In this document: piece by piece, positions 51,633 to 64,000 of the stretch
Numbering within the stretch: position 1 is the stretch's first letter
Layout of the letters: the number at the start of each line of letters is the position of its first letter
Assembly: GCA_964016885.1 (NCBI GenBank)
Contig: OZ024750.1
Coordinates: 29,326,001 to 29,390,000 of the forward strand
Direction of reading: 5' to 3'
DNA length: 64,000 nt
Source of the DNA: Eledone cirrhosa
Taxonomy: Eukaryota
Made by a program: the position numbers and the translations under genes
The notes under the pieces: generated by a model
Database searches by the model: none
The model's input: the letters and a program-made list of their open reading frames with translations, nothing else
Told to the model about the DNA's origin: nothing

Positions 51633-54271
51633 ATACCATATTCAGGTGTATGGAATTCAAATCTGAACAGTACAATTTCTGGCTCTAATTCAAAGTGACA
51701 CTAAATATATACTATACTATAATTGTTTCTACTTTGGGCACAAGGCCAGCAATTACCCCAGTGTATTACTGGTACTTTATTTTATCGACCCCGTAAGGAT
51801 GAAAGGCAAAGTTAACCTTGGCAGGATTTGAACTCAGATCATAAAGGGCCGTAACTCTTTGCTGCAAAGCATGGCACACACAAGTCATATCTAGAGTGTT
51901 ACTTAGTGTCACTGTACTATGACTTCTACTATAGGCAGAAGGCCAGTAATTTGGAGGGGGGGGGGGAGTCGATTAAATCGATCCCAGTAAGTTACGGGTG
52001 CTTTATTTTATTGACGACCCCGTAAGGATGAAAGGCAAAGTTAACCTCAACTGGATTTAAATGGATTTGAACTTAGAATTATAAAGGGATGTAACTATAT
52101 GTTTCAAAGCATGTTGTCCAACACTCTAAACTGTCGATCCACCACTCCTTATACACTACACAATAATTGTTTCTATTTTTGGCACAAGGCCAGCAATTAC
52201 CCCAGTGCATTACTGGTGCTTTATTTTATCAACCCCGTAAGGATGAAAGGCAAAGCTAACCTCGGTGGGATTTGAACTCAGTACATAAAGGACTGTAGCT
52301 CTGTGCTGCAAAGTATGGTGTCTAATGCTCTCGCCTATACTGCCAAACCACACGACACAATAATACATGCAGTTCGTGCTGGAAGTGTTGCTAAAGGTAA
52401 ACACCCCTTCGGTCACGAATTACCATAGGATTTGCACCTAGAAAGTTCCCCTCTGAGACAAGTCTGGGCAAAGTTGTTTGTGGAAGACCAGCAGTCACCC
52501 ATACATACCAGTCTCCCCCTCTCCACGCCACCAATGTTGGTACAAGGGAAAGGCAATGGCCAATACAGCCTGGCACCAGTGATATCACGACTTATTTCTA
52601 CAGCTGAGTAAACTGGCGCAATGGGAAATTAAGTGTCTTGCTCAAGAACAACACATCACTCAGTCTGGTCTGGAAACCAAACTCACAACTGCAAGTCCAA
52701 TGCTCTAACCACTAAGCCATACAGACAGTTCATATCTAAAGTGTTGCTAAATATACAGTCTACTAAAATGGTTTCTGATTTAGGCACACAGCTAACAATT
52801 TTGCGGGCTGGGAAAAGTCAATTAAATTGACCCCCCAGTGTATTATGGTATTTTATTTTATCAACTCTGTAATGATGAAAGGCAAAGCTAACCTCAGCAG
52901 GATTTGAACTGAGAATGTAAAGGGACATAACTACTCGTATGTCACATAACATCTAACTAACCCTACACACACACACACAGTTCATATTTGCTAAATATAC
53001 AAAATACTATGATATAATACACACAGATTATATTTAAAGTGTTGCTAAGTATACACTACACTATGATATAATACCCACATGTCATATTTTGTCTCCTTTC
53101 ACAGGAAATGAATATTGATTCAGTTGGAATGTCCAGCTGTTCAGATGCGACTTTCAATGATAAACTTACATCATCATTGTAATGTAATCATCATTTGACG
53201 TTAGCTTTCCCTGCTAGCAAACGGTGGGATAAGACTTCATAAAAATATACCATTTATTGACCAATGAAACTAGAGCTAAAATCACTCAGCTGGACAAATA
53301 TCTATCTACCTATGAAGCCCGAAATTGTTTTTGTTTATACAGGGTACCTTGTAACAGGAAACAAAAGCAGATATAAGGGGCAGGCATAGCTGTTTGGTTA
53401 ATTTTGTAACCACATGGTTTTAAGTTCCAGTCCCACTGTGTAGCATTTTGAGCAAATGTTTTCTATTGTAGTTTAAAGTTGATAAATGCCTTGAGTATAA
53501 TTTTGAAGAAGGAAACTGTGCAGAAGACTTGTGTATATCATCATCATGGTTTAATGTCTATTTTTTATACATGGATTAGAAGGGTTTTCCTGTTATGAGT
53601 CAGACAGGCCAAGTAACCCTGTCTTGCTTATACGATCCAATTTTAGTTTGGGTTTTCTGTATCAGGCTACCCTTCCTAGTGCCAACTTTGTGGTATTAGC
53701 ACTACCACCTAACAGGGTAGACTGGGTACTTTTTGTCATAACACCAGTATGACCACCATTGAGGGTACTTAACTGGTACTTTATTTTATTGACCCTGAAA
53801 GGAAGAAAAGCACAAGCTGGATTTTGGCCTAATTCGGACTCAGAACAAAGAGCAACAAGACATTTCAATCCGACACACTAATGATTCTACCAATCCACTG
53901 CTCTTCAAAGATTAAATATAAAAACTATGTGACATTCACTTCATCTATTAGGTCATAATTGTCCTTATCTAACTAGATCTAGTTCTGCTTCAACTGTTAC
54001 ATAATATATGGCAGATATAGTCAATTAAACAACGTGTAACAGTGAACAGTGACTCAACATGCCAGATATGTATTGTATAGTTTGACTACACCCTTCCTGA
54101 CTTCTTCCTTCAAGTCTAGAGCAAGAAATCTAAAGCAAGGCTGGTGAAACTTTAAGGGATTGTGTCCTAGTTGGTTGTGGTGATAATTTTCTTTTTTCTT
54201 TCCTCCCTCTCTCTCTTTCTGTAAGAAATCAGATGTGTTCAGACCTGGAGGGGGGGGGCACTCAGCCAGGT

Positions 54272-54472
54272 TTAACCCTTTAGCATTTACATTACTATAT
54301 ATTTACTATTATATTTTCATGGTAAAGGCTTTACCTCGCATAATATCGAATCTATGAGATTTTGATATTTATTTTGAGAACAATACATTAACATAAGTAT
54401 GAGCAGCCAGTTATGGTTGGTTTGAACAGAAAGAGTTGAGAGAATTCTGGTCAGATATGGCTGGTTTAAATG
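54272..54472. mobile_element. TTAA MITE copy, right end truncated
   Basis: Left TIR and body match the family. Confidence 0.75.
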
Positions 54473-57400
54473 TCCAAAACACACTGTAAAGTCACTACAA
54501 TATCTCTATAACCCTCAGGAGTGCCTAAAGTAGAAACAGTTATAGGTTCATATAGACATGTTAAATGCTTTATACAAGGGACAATTGGTATTTTCAAAGT
54601 TTCCCTTTATAGATGCCTCTTCTCTGGTCTTAACCATCCATTTACATTACAGAAGAAATGACGAAAGAATGTGACTAGTGGAGAGATGTTATGCTGAAAA
54701 GGACCTGTCCAACCCAAGTAAGCATCGGAAAAGGACGTAAAAACAATGATGATGATAATCACATTGAAATAGTTATCTCTCAAGCCAATCATTTGGAGTC
54801 CAAGACAATGGTTTTGATATTCAAGCTATTTCATGATCTACCATTAAAATAGTTACTTCTCAAGCCAATGGTTTGGATGTCCAAACCAATTCATGGTCAA
54901 CCACCGAAGTAGTTACCTTTCAAACCAATCGTTTGGATGTCCAAACCATTTCTTGATCAGCTTCTTTAATAAATTTACCTTAATTGTTACTTTCAAAATT
55001 AGTTGAAAATTGCAAGCCTTGTATTTTATTAGAAATACAATTTTAAAAAGGGTTAATACCACACCTTAACACTCCTGTCAACTCATTCTTAAATCTAACA
55101 CATATGTAAGTAAGCCTACTCATATATGTATATATATATAATCTTATGGTAAAACTATTAAAATTTTTATGTTTTACATTGTTTTGTTAATAGCCAAGCC
55201 ATTCCTTAAAGGTTGTCTCTTAAACAAACACAAAAGCACCAAGCAGCATTCTTTAAAAAATAATAAAATAATTTCCATACTAGTTCAAACAGGTAAGCTA
55301 ATTCTATTAGCTATTAAGGAGTGACAAAAAAACTATAATAACCACATATTTTAGTAGTGACAACACAAGACCAAATAAATCAGTCAACTTCCTTGGTGCC
55401 ACCAATTTACAAGTGGAAGTCTCAAAATCTTGTCTCCTGGTGTCAATTTATGGCTGGAAGGGATGTTAAAATTGTGACCATTTCAGTTTTGGAATGTATT
55501 ATTTCTAAACTGGTTAAGCTTGTTTTTTTGTTAAAAATCTACCACCCATTTCAATCCATTAACACTACCATTACTGTCACCAAAGATGTTTGATGTAAGA
55601 TTTAACTGAAATATTTTATGTCTTGGTGGTATAAACATAGTCCCACCATTACTGTCACCAAAGATGTTTCAAGTAAGATTTAACTGAAATATTTTATGTC
55701 TTGGTGGTATAAACATGGTCCCACTATTGCTGTCACCAAAGGTATTTGATGTAAGAATTAACCTTCTGCTACAGGTGCATTACGTTACCGATAGAGTAAT
55801 CTCCCTTTAACACATAATGCAGTGTCAAGGGAAGCAAAATTTCTAGCATGCTAAAGGTTAACTACGATATTTTATGTCTTTGTGGTATAAACTTGGACCT
55901 ACCATTATTATATAACATTATAAAACTTACACAAGGACAGCTCTGTCTTGTCCTGGTGGGCAGAAACGAGAGGTAGCCCCAGAAACGGATAACTTCATTT
56001 ATTCTGTTACTAGACCTTTTGTTATTGTTAATACAATAGAAATGGCTGCTAAGACAACTGGAGCAATGTGAAATAAAGCGTCTTGCTCAAGGACACAACT
56101 TGCCCCTTAGTGCAGGTAGGAATCAAACTCATGACCTCACAATCATGAACCAAACAACCTAATCACTGATCCACAGACTACAATTATTAGTAAATAATGT
56201 AATGAAAAGTCATAGTAAGACAGATTTTATCTTAAAAGATATTTGAAAGGAAATAACTACCAGACTCTTCTGCAAAAAGCCAAACAAAAAACATTAAAAT
56301 TAGTAACATTTTTTAATCATCATCACCAATCATCCCCCCAGTTTTTCTATGAGGGCATGGGTTAAGTGGGTCGTTACAGACTAATACAGTAATTAATTAG
56401 AGCTACTGTCATACTGGAGGGGCTGGATAAAGAAGAAATCATCATCATCATCATTTAATGCCTGTCTTCCTTGCTTATAATTCCATAAAACATAAAATAT
56501 ATTTAAAGAATTTAAAACCTGATTAGGGTGTCATGTGATCAAAGGTGTTCCAGCTGTGACCACCATCATTTTTAGATAGTTTATCTCGACAGACTATATT
56601 ATCAAGTGTGATTAAAAAACTAATTTTATAAAGATGGTAAGGTGTGATTGGAGTGAGATTTGGCTGTTGTTTCTAGCAGGTTAAGTAACAATGTAGAGGT
56701 TCCCTTCCTTTTTTTTTTTCCTACATTTACACGCACACACAATCACAAATATGCATATGTTGTTAGTGCACATACACACAGCACATTTTTTCTAAGTCAA
56801 AATCTCCCCATGCATTAAGTTATCACCATTTAAACTCTTGATACAAAACCATCTGAAACTTCCCTGAATTCATTTATAATACAAAACTGTGCATTTTAAA
56901 ATGTTTATCCTAATAATATTAAAACCGTCCATTGTAATTTTGTGTCAGCTTTCTGAAACTTATCAGTCTTTTATTACATATCTCACAATGTAGTTATCTT
57001 ATAGATCACCAACGCTAGTGAGGCTGTCATGTCTTTAACACAACTAAAGGATCCTCCCAACTCTTTCTTTGGCAAGTTTTCTATGGCTGGATACTCTTTC
57101 TATCACCAACCATTTACAGCATATACTGGGTGTATTTATCTTGTAGATCACCAAGACTAAATTAAATTCCAAGACCTTTTGAGGCTCATAAGTGCAGCTT
57201 TCTGTAAGAAGCCTGGATTTTGCATTAAAAACAACCATTTGTTGATTACATAGTTTTATATAAAAAAATTTTAGAACTATCTGAAGCCCAGAGGTTCATT
57301 AGACGTGTGCTTATACCAGTTTCCTTGGCGTTAAGTGATTGAGAGTATAAGACTTCCTTCTGGATAGGACATTAGTTCATCACAAGGTTTAAACCCCAGC

Positions 57401-58029
57401 TATTGCTGATACTTATTTTTAGTTGAATATGCTGAAGCAACGTCATATGAAGTGTTTTGCACAAGAACACATGGTCCAAGAATCAAACCCTCGACATTAT
57501 GATTGCACATCTAAGACCCTAAGCACTAGGCCATATGCCTTCACTTAGTATTATTTCCTCATTAAAACACCTGAAAAACTTAACAGATGCAACCTCATAG
57601 GAGACCAACTTAACCTGTATAGGTGTGAACTGAATTGTCAATTTTATTTTTGTGTATATGACGCATTGTATGCGTATGTATATGAGCCTTCACCTCCCTT
57701 CTGAGAGGTCAAGAAACAGTCCACTAAACTGAGGGGTCTCTTGATAAGCTTTATAACATCACAGCGATGGTGCACTTTTATAGTGCAGGATTGCAGCAAG
57801 ACAAAGTTGGGACTTTGAAGAAAAAATAGGTATATGTTTGTCTATTATTTCCTCGCATTTATAATTTGATTATATATATAATGGGTGACTGAATATATAC
57901 TTTCATAAAAAATTTGATTATATATATATATATATATAAAATGACTGACTGAATATACACTTTCTCCAAAAAATTTTTTGTTTCTTTTCTCATTCTCTAT
58001 CTTTCTATTTCATCTTATTTCTTATTCCA

Positions 58030-58065
58030 TCTTCTGATGAAGGACTAGTGTCTGAAAAGTTAAGA
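58030..58065 (+). ncRNA. Degenerate minimal hammerhead, same family as 40231-40266
   Basis: TCTT-CTGATGA-A GGAC TAGT GTCT-GAA-AAGT-T-AAGA, with the shared downstream sequence tatatcaagcgttaa. Confidence 0.55.
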
Positions 58066-58155
58066 CTTCTATTATATCAAGCGTTAAATTAATAATTTCT
58101 TCATTTTACTGTGTCATCTGTTTTGTTGTTTCTATTTACTTTCTTCATACACACA

Positions 58156-58397
58156 CAGGGCCAGCGCTAACCATATAGGCAAACTAGGCAGCCACCTAGG
58201 GCACTGATTTTAGGGGCGCATTTCTCCAAATCAACAACAATTTTGAAAAATAAATTTCAGTTTTATTGAGGGTCGTTTTTTTATCCAGGGACTAATAAAT
58301 GTTGAAAACATTTAAAAAAAAAATTGTTTATAAATTTTGAAATTGATATTTTCCTGGGGGAAAATCTAAGATGCCAGATAGTTTGGCACAGGCCCAG
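58156..58397. mobile_element. Probable hAT-like MITE
   Basis: Imperfect CAGGGCC..GC termini. 8-bp tacacaca on both sides, but within a CA repeat. Confidence 0.5.
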
Positions 58398-58537
58398 TAC
58401 ACACACACACACACGTATTAGTTCCAAATTGGGATAAGTGAGATAAAAAAAATATATACAAATGGATAATTCTTTATACGTATATGTATGTTTTTATATC
58501 TAGATATATATTTTTGTTTATCTTTGATAATGTGTCT

Positions 58538-58578
<41 letters not shown>

Positions 58579-58589
58579 CACACACACAC

Positions 58590-58624
<35 letters not shown>

Positions 58625-58864
58625 TTCGTTTTTGAAAACAAGATGGTGTAGGACAGAACAAAGGAGACAAAATAAAAACCCAGTCACTAAGGAGGCCACA
58701 GAATGTGTGACAAAAGAGCTTTGACAATATAGAAACAACCATCTGGTTATCAAACCAACCAACCAGCCAACCAACCAACCGGAAATTTATAATAAATTGA
58801 AGTGAAAACTAACAGGTGCGTGTGTTTTTATTGGCAACATGAACCTCCCAAAGTATTATATATT

Positions 58865-59022
58865 TATCATCATCATCATCATCATCATACGTCCGCTTTT
58901 CCCTGCTTGCAAGGGTGGGACGGGTCTTATTCAGCACAGCATCTCTCCACTCGTCACGGTCCCTCGTCATCTCCACCGTGAGCTTCAATGATCTGAGGTC
59001 TGTTCTCACCACCTCCGCCCAT
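58865..59022 (-). mobile_element. RTE LINE extreme 3' end
   Basis: WAEVVRTDLRSLKLTVEMTRDRDEWRDAVL and a (GAT)n tail. Confidence 0.75.
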
Positions 59023-59069
<47 letters not shown>

Positions 59070-59386
59070 TACTTTATAATGAAGATGTAGGGTTAATAGA
59101 AATGACCCCAGGATATTACTGTCACTGGCCTATGTTGTCTAACGAGGTGATGAAACTAAATATTGTGACATGTGACGCTATTGATTCTATCAATGTCACT
59201 GCACACCTAATTACTTCAGTATTGATCTGCTTTCATTACTGTTTATGTAATATATACTTAGTATGGTGCAGATTCTGATCAATTACATTGATAAGCAATG
59301 TGGTAATGGACATCTTAATGGTTGTGTGTGTGTACAACTGTGTGTTATAGATAGTTAGACAGAGAGAAAAAGATAAATAGGTCGAG

Positions 59387-59422
<36 letters not shown>

Positions 59423-59505
59423 CCATTCAATGTCCATTTTCTGCGTTAGCATGGATTAGTTGAGTAGTTGTGAGACAAGTCAGATCAGGTGAAAATGTCT
59501 TGCAG

Positions 59506-59545
<40 letters not shown>

Positions 59546-59578
59546 AAGCATGGAAAAACGGACACAAGAACAAAGATG

Positions 59579-59866
<288 letters not shown>

Positions 59867-59994
59867 TGACCATGTCCATTTGTCTGTCTTAGTTAGAATC
59901 TCATGACAATGTAACAGTACATAGTGAAGGTAGTGTGTAGAAAACTGAAAATGATTAGAAACAACTATATTTTAAAGATGTAAACACTATTCCA

Positions 59995-60545
59995 TCATTG
60001 TATATACTTGTGTATAAGTCCTCATCCTTTTCATCAGTTATGTAAGGACCACTCAATTATTGTATATACTTGTGTATAAGTCTACACCAGTTATGTAAAC
60101 ACTTCTCAATTACTGTATATGCTTGTGTATGTAAGGACCACTCACTGTATATACTTGTGTATAAGTCTACACCAGTTATGTAAGGACCACTCAATTACTG
60201 TATATACTTGTGTATGTAAGGACCACTCACTGTATATACTTGTGTATAAGTCTACACCAGTTATGTAAGGACCACTCAATTACTGTATATACTTGTGTAT
60301 AAGTCTACATCAGTTATGTAAACACTTCTCAGTTATTGTATACACTTGTGTATAAGTCTTCACCAGTTATGTAAACACTTCTCAATTACTGTATATACTT
60401 GTGTATAAGTCTTCACCAGTTATGTAAACACTTCTCAATTACTGTCGTCCAAACCCATGCAAGCGTGGAATATGGACGTTAAACGATTATGATGATGACT
60501 TGTGTATAAGTCTTCACCAGTTATGTAAACACTACTCAATTATAG
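59995..60545. repeat. Irregular minisatellite
   Basis: Recurring tgtatatacttgtgtataagtc..caccagttatgtaa blocks. Confidence 0.85.
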
Positions 60546-60740
60546 TCATTCCCCTTCCCTTCAAATCATTGGCCTTGGAGGGACAATTATTTTCACATGA
60601 ATTCTAGTTAAATCTCACACAACATTATGTAACAAATGGGAGGACTCTTCCTTAGTTCAACAACCTGGCTGTATGTAGAGGTTACATTGAAGAGTGGCAG
60701 AGAAGTAAACAACAACAGCAGTGTTGAGGCCATTCCCCTG

Positions 60741-60968
60741 TTAACCCTTTAGTGTTCAAACTGGCCAAAACCGGCCAGAATCCTCTACCTCTTTCTGTTG
60801 AAACTGGCTGTATCTGGTCACTCAAACTGATGTTAAGGTATTGTTTTCAAAATAAATACTTTCAAAATCTCATAGATTCGATATTATGTGAGATAATTAT
60901 GCGAGGTAAAGCCTTTACCATGAAAATATAATAGTATATATAGAGTAATGTGAATGCTAAAGGGTTAA
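60741..60968. mobile_element. TTAA MITE copy
   Basis: Same TIRs, nearly identical to 42887-43114. Confidence 0.85.
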
Positions 60969-62136
60969 AGTAGAGATTAGCCTTATGGAGTAAAGGAGTT
61001 GGGGCCAATGATAGGCTTTTCACTCATCATAGGGTCCTTTCTGAGGCAACGTTTTACAGCTGGGCTCCTCTAAATCTGGGAGTAACCCTTTTAGTCATCT
61101 CTTATGACAAATAAGGATATGATTATAGTGTAGCTATCCTAAACTAAGTAAATATTAAAAATAATAACATTGATAACTGAAAATATAATATATATATCAT
61201 CTGTCTGTTATATAGCAGGCGCCTCCTATTGTTTACAAATCTTGCTTCAAAGATATTTAGTTTGTTTTGCATATACATATATGTAGACAGCTATGTTCGA
61301 AGCTAAATTCTAATTCTATTATAAGTTGAGCCAACTTATACAGCCTTATATGCAAATGAGATTAATCATCTCATTTACACAGACAAGAAAACTATTTATT
61401 CTCGCCTGTTTTCAAAGTCCATCAGTTGCAAGAGCGGGAGGGATTGTCCTGGCAAGAACCAGTCGAGTTTGAAATGCATTGACGATTGTTCCCTTACTTC
61501 TGCTCGACACCACTGGGTGCTGCTAGCTGCCAGTGTTTTTGCATAGCTACAGCTTTCTAAATGTTTATTTATAAACATATCGTAATTCTTTAGAAATACG
61601 AAATTCAATACATACATACATATATATATATATGCATGATATATAAATATATGATATGTATATAGAGAAGAGCTGGCCTAAACGCCATAAAGCCAGTTTA
61701 AAATTGTATTTATGATAAGTGTGTGGGTAAATAGGTGCACTAAACCCTTAAAAAGGACTTAATAGCATATAAAGGAGAGTTTTTTTAATTTCAGGTGTGT
61801 GTATGTGTATGTATATATATCTATATACACATATGTACATACATTATATATATACTGGCAGTATCGGTATAGAGTCGGACGCCATGCTTTCCAGCATAGT
61901 TACGTCCCTTTACAATCTGAGTTCAAATCCCGCCGAGGTTGACTTTGCCTTTCATCCTTACGGGGGTCGATAAAATAAAGTACCAGTAATGCACTGGGTA
62001 ATTGCTGGCCTTGTGCCTAAAGTAGAAACAATTATATATATACTGAGCACATTTTTTTCCTTGATCTATTTCTTCGGAAAGTCTTCACACTAAATATATA
62101 TATATATATATTTGTTTGTATATATATATAAATGTT

Positions 62137-62167
<31 letters not shown>

Positions 62168-62192
62168 GTTTGTGTATATATATATGTTTGTG

Positions 62193-62242
<50 letters not shown>

Positions 62243-62330
62243 TGTGTATATATATATATAAACAAGGTTTAGTAAATAATGAAAAAGTTTCAAAATAAAT
62301 TTTAAAAAATTGACTTTACCTACTATAGTT

Positions 62331-62414
62331 ACCTTTACCGATCGGTTTCGAATCCCAAAAATAAAACGGAGACCATACGGCCTTCGTTGCAAAGAAAGAT
62401 TCTCGTCAGAAGGT
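62331..62414 (-). ncRNA. Type I hammerhead ribozyme motif (left arm of palindrome)
   Basis: Reverse complement of the right-arm motif, with perfect palindromic stem III ACCGATCGGT followed by A (GUA site). Confidence 0.87.
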
Positions 62415-62600
62415 TCTTTTCATTCAAAGAATATAAAATTCCTGAATTTAAATCACAAACTAGCGCTATCAAAAACTGTTCCTGGGATGAGAGTGGATGA
62501 TGTAGAACAGGTTTATCAAGGGCCGTATCCCAGGAACAGTTTTTGATAGCGCTAGTTTGTGATTTAAATTCAGGAATTTTATATTCTTTGAATGAAAAGA

Positions 62601-62684
62601 ACCTTCTGACGAGAATCTTTCTTTGCAACGAAGGCCGTATGGTCTCCGTTTTATTTTTGGGATTCGAAACCGATCAGTAAAGGT
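62601..62684 (+). ncRNA. Type I hammerhead ribozyme motif (right arm of palindrome)
   Basis: Stem I ACCTT/AAGGT; core CTGACGA; stem II GAATC..GATTC extended by AACG-AGGCC/GGTCT-CGTT; GAAA; stem III ACCGATCAGT (one mismatch); cleavage triplet GUA. Confidence 0.85.
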
Positions 62685-62892
62685 AACTATAGTAGGTAAA
62701 GTCAATTTTTTAAAATTTATTTTGAAACTTTTTCATTATTTACTAAACCTTGTTTATATTTGTTCTGGCTCGTTAATTTATTAACCCGCCATTGAACCAC
62801 ATTGGCACTTGGTTGGACAATACATGCGTACCTTGGCGCCTTGTGCGTGAAGGGACGTATTTCATATTACTATATATATATATATATATGTT

Positions 62893-62923
<31 letters not shown>

Positions 62924-62926
62924 GTT

Positions 62927-62966
<40 letters not shown>

Positions 62967-62987
62967 TGTGTATATATATATATATAT

Positions 62988-63198
62988 GTATGGACACGTG
63001 ATGCGCATGAAAGTCGATAGCTGTATAACAAAGTGCAGGGCAATAAAGATAGACGGTAGCCACGGAATAGGCAGACCTAGAAAAACCTGGGACGAGCTGA
63101 TAAACTCCGACCTCACACACTTACACCTCTCCAAGACAATGTCACTGGACCGAGACCTTTGGCGGTACTCAGTAACAGAGAAGACCCGCCTTACCTAA
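62988..63198 (+). mobile_element. RTE LINE 3' fragment
   Basis: YGHVMRM...[15 protein letters not shown]...DRDLWR. Confidence 0.8.
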
Positions 63199-63299
63199 AT
63201 ACATAGTAAAACCTACTACAGCCAGTAGGCATCTCTAACAAAATACCCCCCCCCCCCCCGTCCCACCACCACCACCCCGTTCTATGTAAAGTTATGTTG

Positions 63300-63577
63300 G
63301 TGCCACACCATCCAGGCCGAAACAAAATGAGATCGTGTAGGTGTCACGACAAAAAACACACAGTCCACGCTGTAATGTGGCCGTGTAGGCAACACGGTAA
63401 AAACCTCCCAGACCCACACTGTAAATGTGGTTGGTGTTAGGAAGGGCATCCAACTGTAGAAAACCTGCCAGACAGTCCTATGCGAGCAAGACAATCACTC
63501 TTGCCTCAAGTGGGACTACCCCCCGTCCAAACCCATGCAAGCGTGGAACACGGACGTTAAACGTTGATGATGATGAT
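63300..63577 (+). mobile_element. Short retroposon family C with RTE-like 3' end (others near 2850-3260, 8900-9040, 14950-15120, 22981-23280, 28500-28745, 38180-38450, 40570-41080)
   Basis: ggttggtgttaggaagggcatccagc body and ggacgttaaacgatgatgat tail, similar to the RTE LINE tails in the window. Confidence 0.7.
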
Positions 63578-63612
63578 ATATATATATATATATATATATA
63601 TGTTTGTTTGTG

Positions 63613-63644
<32 letters not shown>

Positions 63645-64000
63645 TTATATATATATATAGACAAAACAAACAAAATATCTGAAGCCAGATATGTGAGCAT
63701 TAGGAAGAGCCTGCAATATAACACAGGAACAAGATAAACAATATAACCATGTTGATTTATTGTCAACAATCTCAGATGAAAAGTGTTGGAGGGGGGTGAG
63801 GGTGGGGATAGGGAAAAAATGATGAGTTGAGTAAATGGGAAATATTACATTTGTAAATGGGTCAGTGTAGTTGGGGGGGGGGGGGGAAGGGGTGTAGCTG
63901 GGGGAGTGTAGTTATAGGGGAACTGAGTGTAGATATGAATGGGGGAGCAATGCAGTTATGGTGCCCCTCCACAATCCCGGGGTGTAGTTATAAGGGGAGG

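Larger units (their letters stand above)
62256..62870. mobile_element. Penelope-like terminal-repeat remnant with an inverted 233-bp duplication, in TA-rich microsatellite
   Basis: Arms 62256-62488 and 62527-62759, 1 mismatch, 38-bp spacer. The right arm continues unpaired to about 62870. Contains hammerheads. Class assignment is inference. Confidence 0.65.

Noticed and set aside
54975-55030. QLILKVTIK|gtaaat candidate CLIC exon 1
   Set aside because: No start codon seen nearby, and it lies in a degenerate repeat-like segment ending in gggttaa.
59130-59215. gttgtCTAACGAg resembling the 40443 family
   Set aside because: Core is mutated and there is no correctly placed GAAA, stem III or stem I.
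61396-61617. ORF with a phase-0 donor as candidate CLIC exon 1
   Set aside because: The peptide has no resemblance to the CLIC first strand and there is no independent support.
62310-62705. Twin 78-aa ORFs on opposite strands
   Set aside because: They mirror each other because of the palindrome, start at TTG, and contain no recognisable domain.

Overview
AT-rich, repeat-dense eukaryotic DNA. The SINE, MITE and microsatellite content suggests a coleoid cephalopod, probably Octopus (inference). Two convergent spliced genes are visible, both missed or fragmented by the ORF track. The first is a complete 4-coding-exon profilin-4-like gene on + (2038-7938, 128 aa). The second is three coding exons of a CLIC/GST-omega-fold chloride intracellular channel gene on - (23788-12682), with a CPLC motif and a long acidic C-terminal tail; its first coding exon was not found. 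The rest is tRNA-derived SINEs, RTE and L1/Tx1 LINE remnants, TTAA, hAT and mariner MITEs, a non-autonomous Helitron and many minisatellites. Most listed ORFs are repeat artefacts. The most striking hidden signal is about 13 type I hammerhead-ribozyme motifs from at least 6 sequence families, most beside (TA)n tracts and many with palindromic stem III, as in Penelope-like element terminal repeats. They include an ORF-less 504-bp near-perfect palindrome with one hammerhead on each strand (62256-62759) and a 5-motif cluster with a non-canonical CAGAAGA core (31343-32009). One U3-A8 covariant hammerhead is split by a Helitron (21675-22470). All folds were assigned by eye, and cleavage activity is untested.
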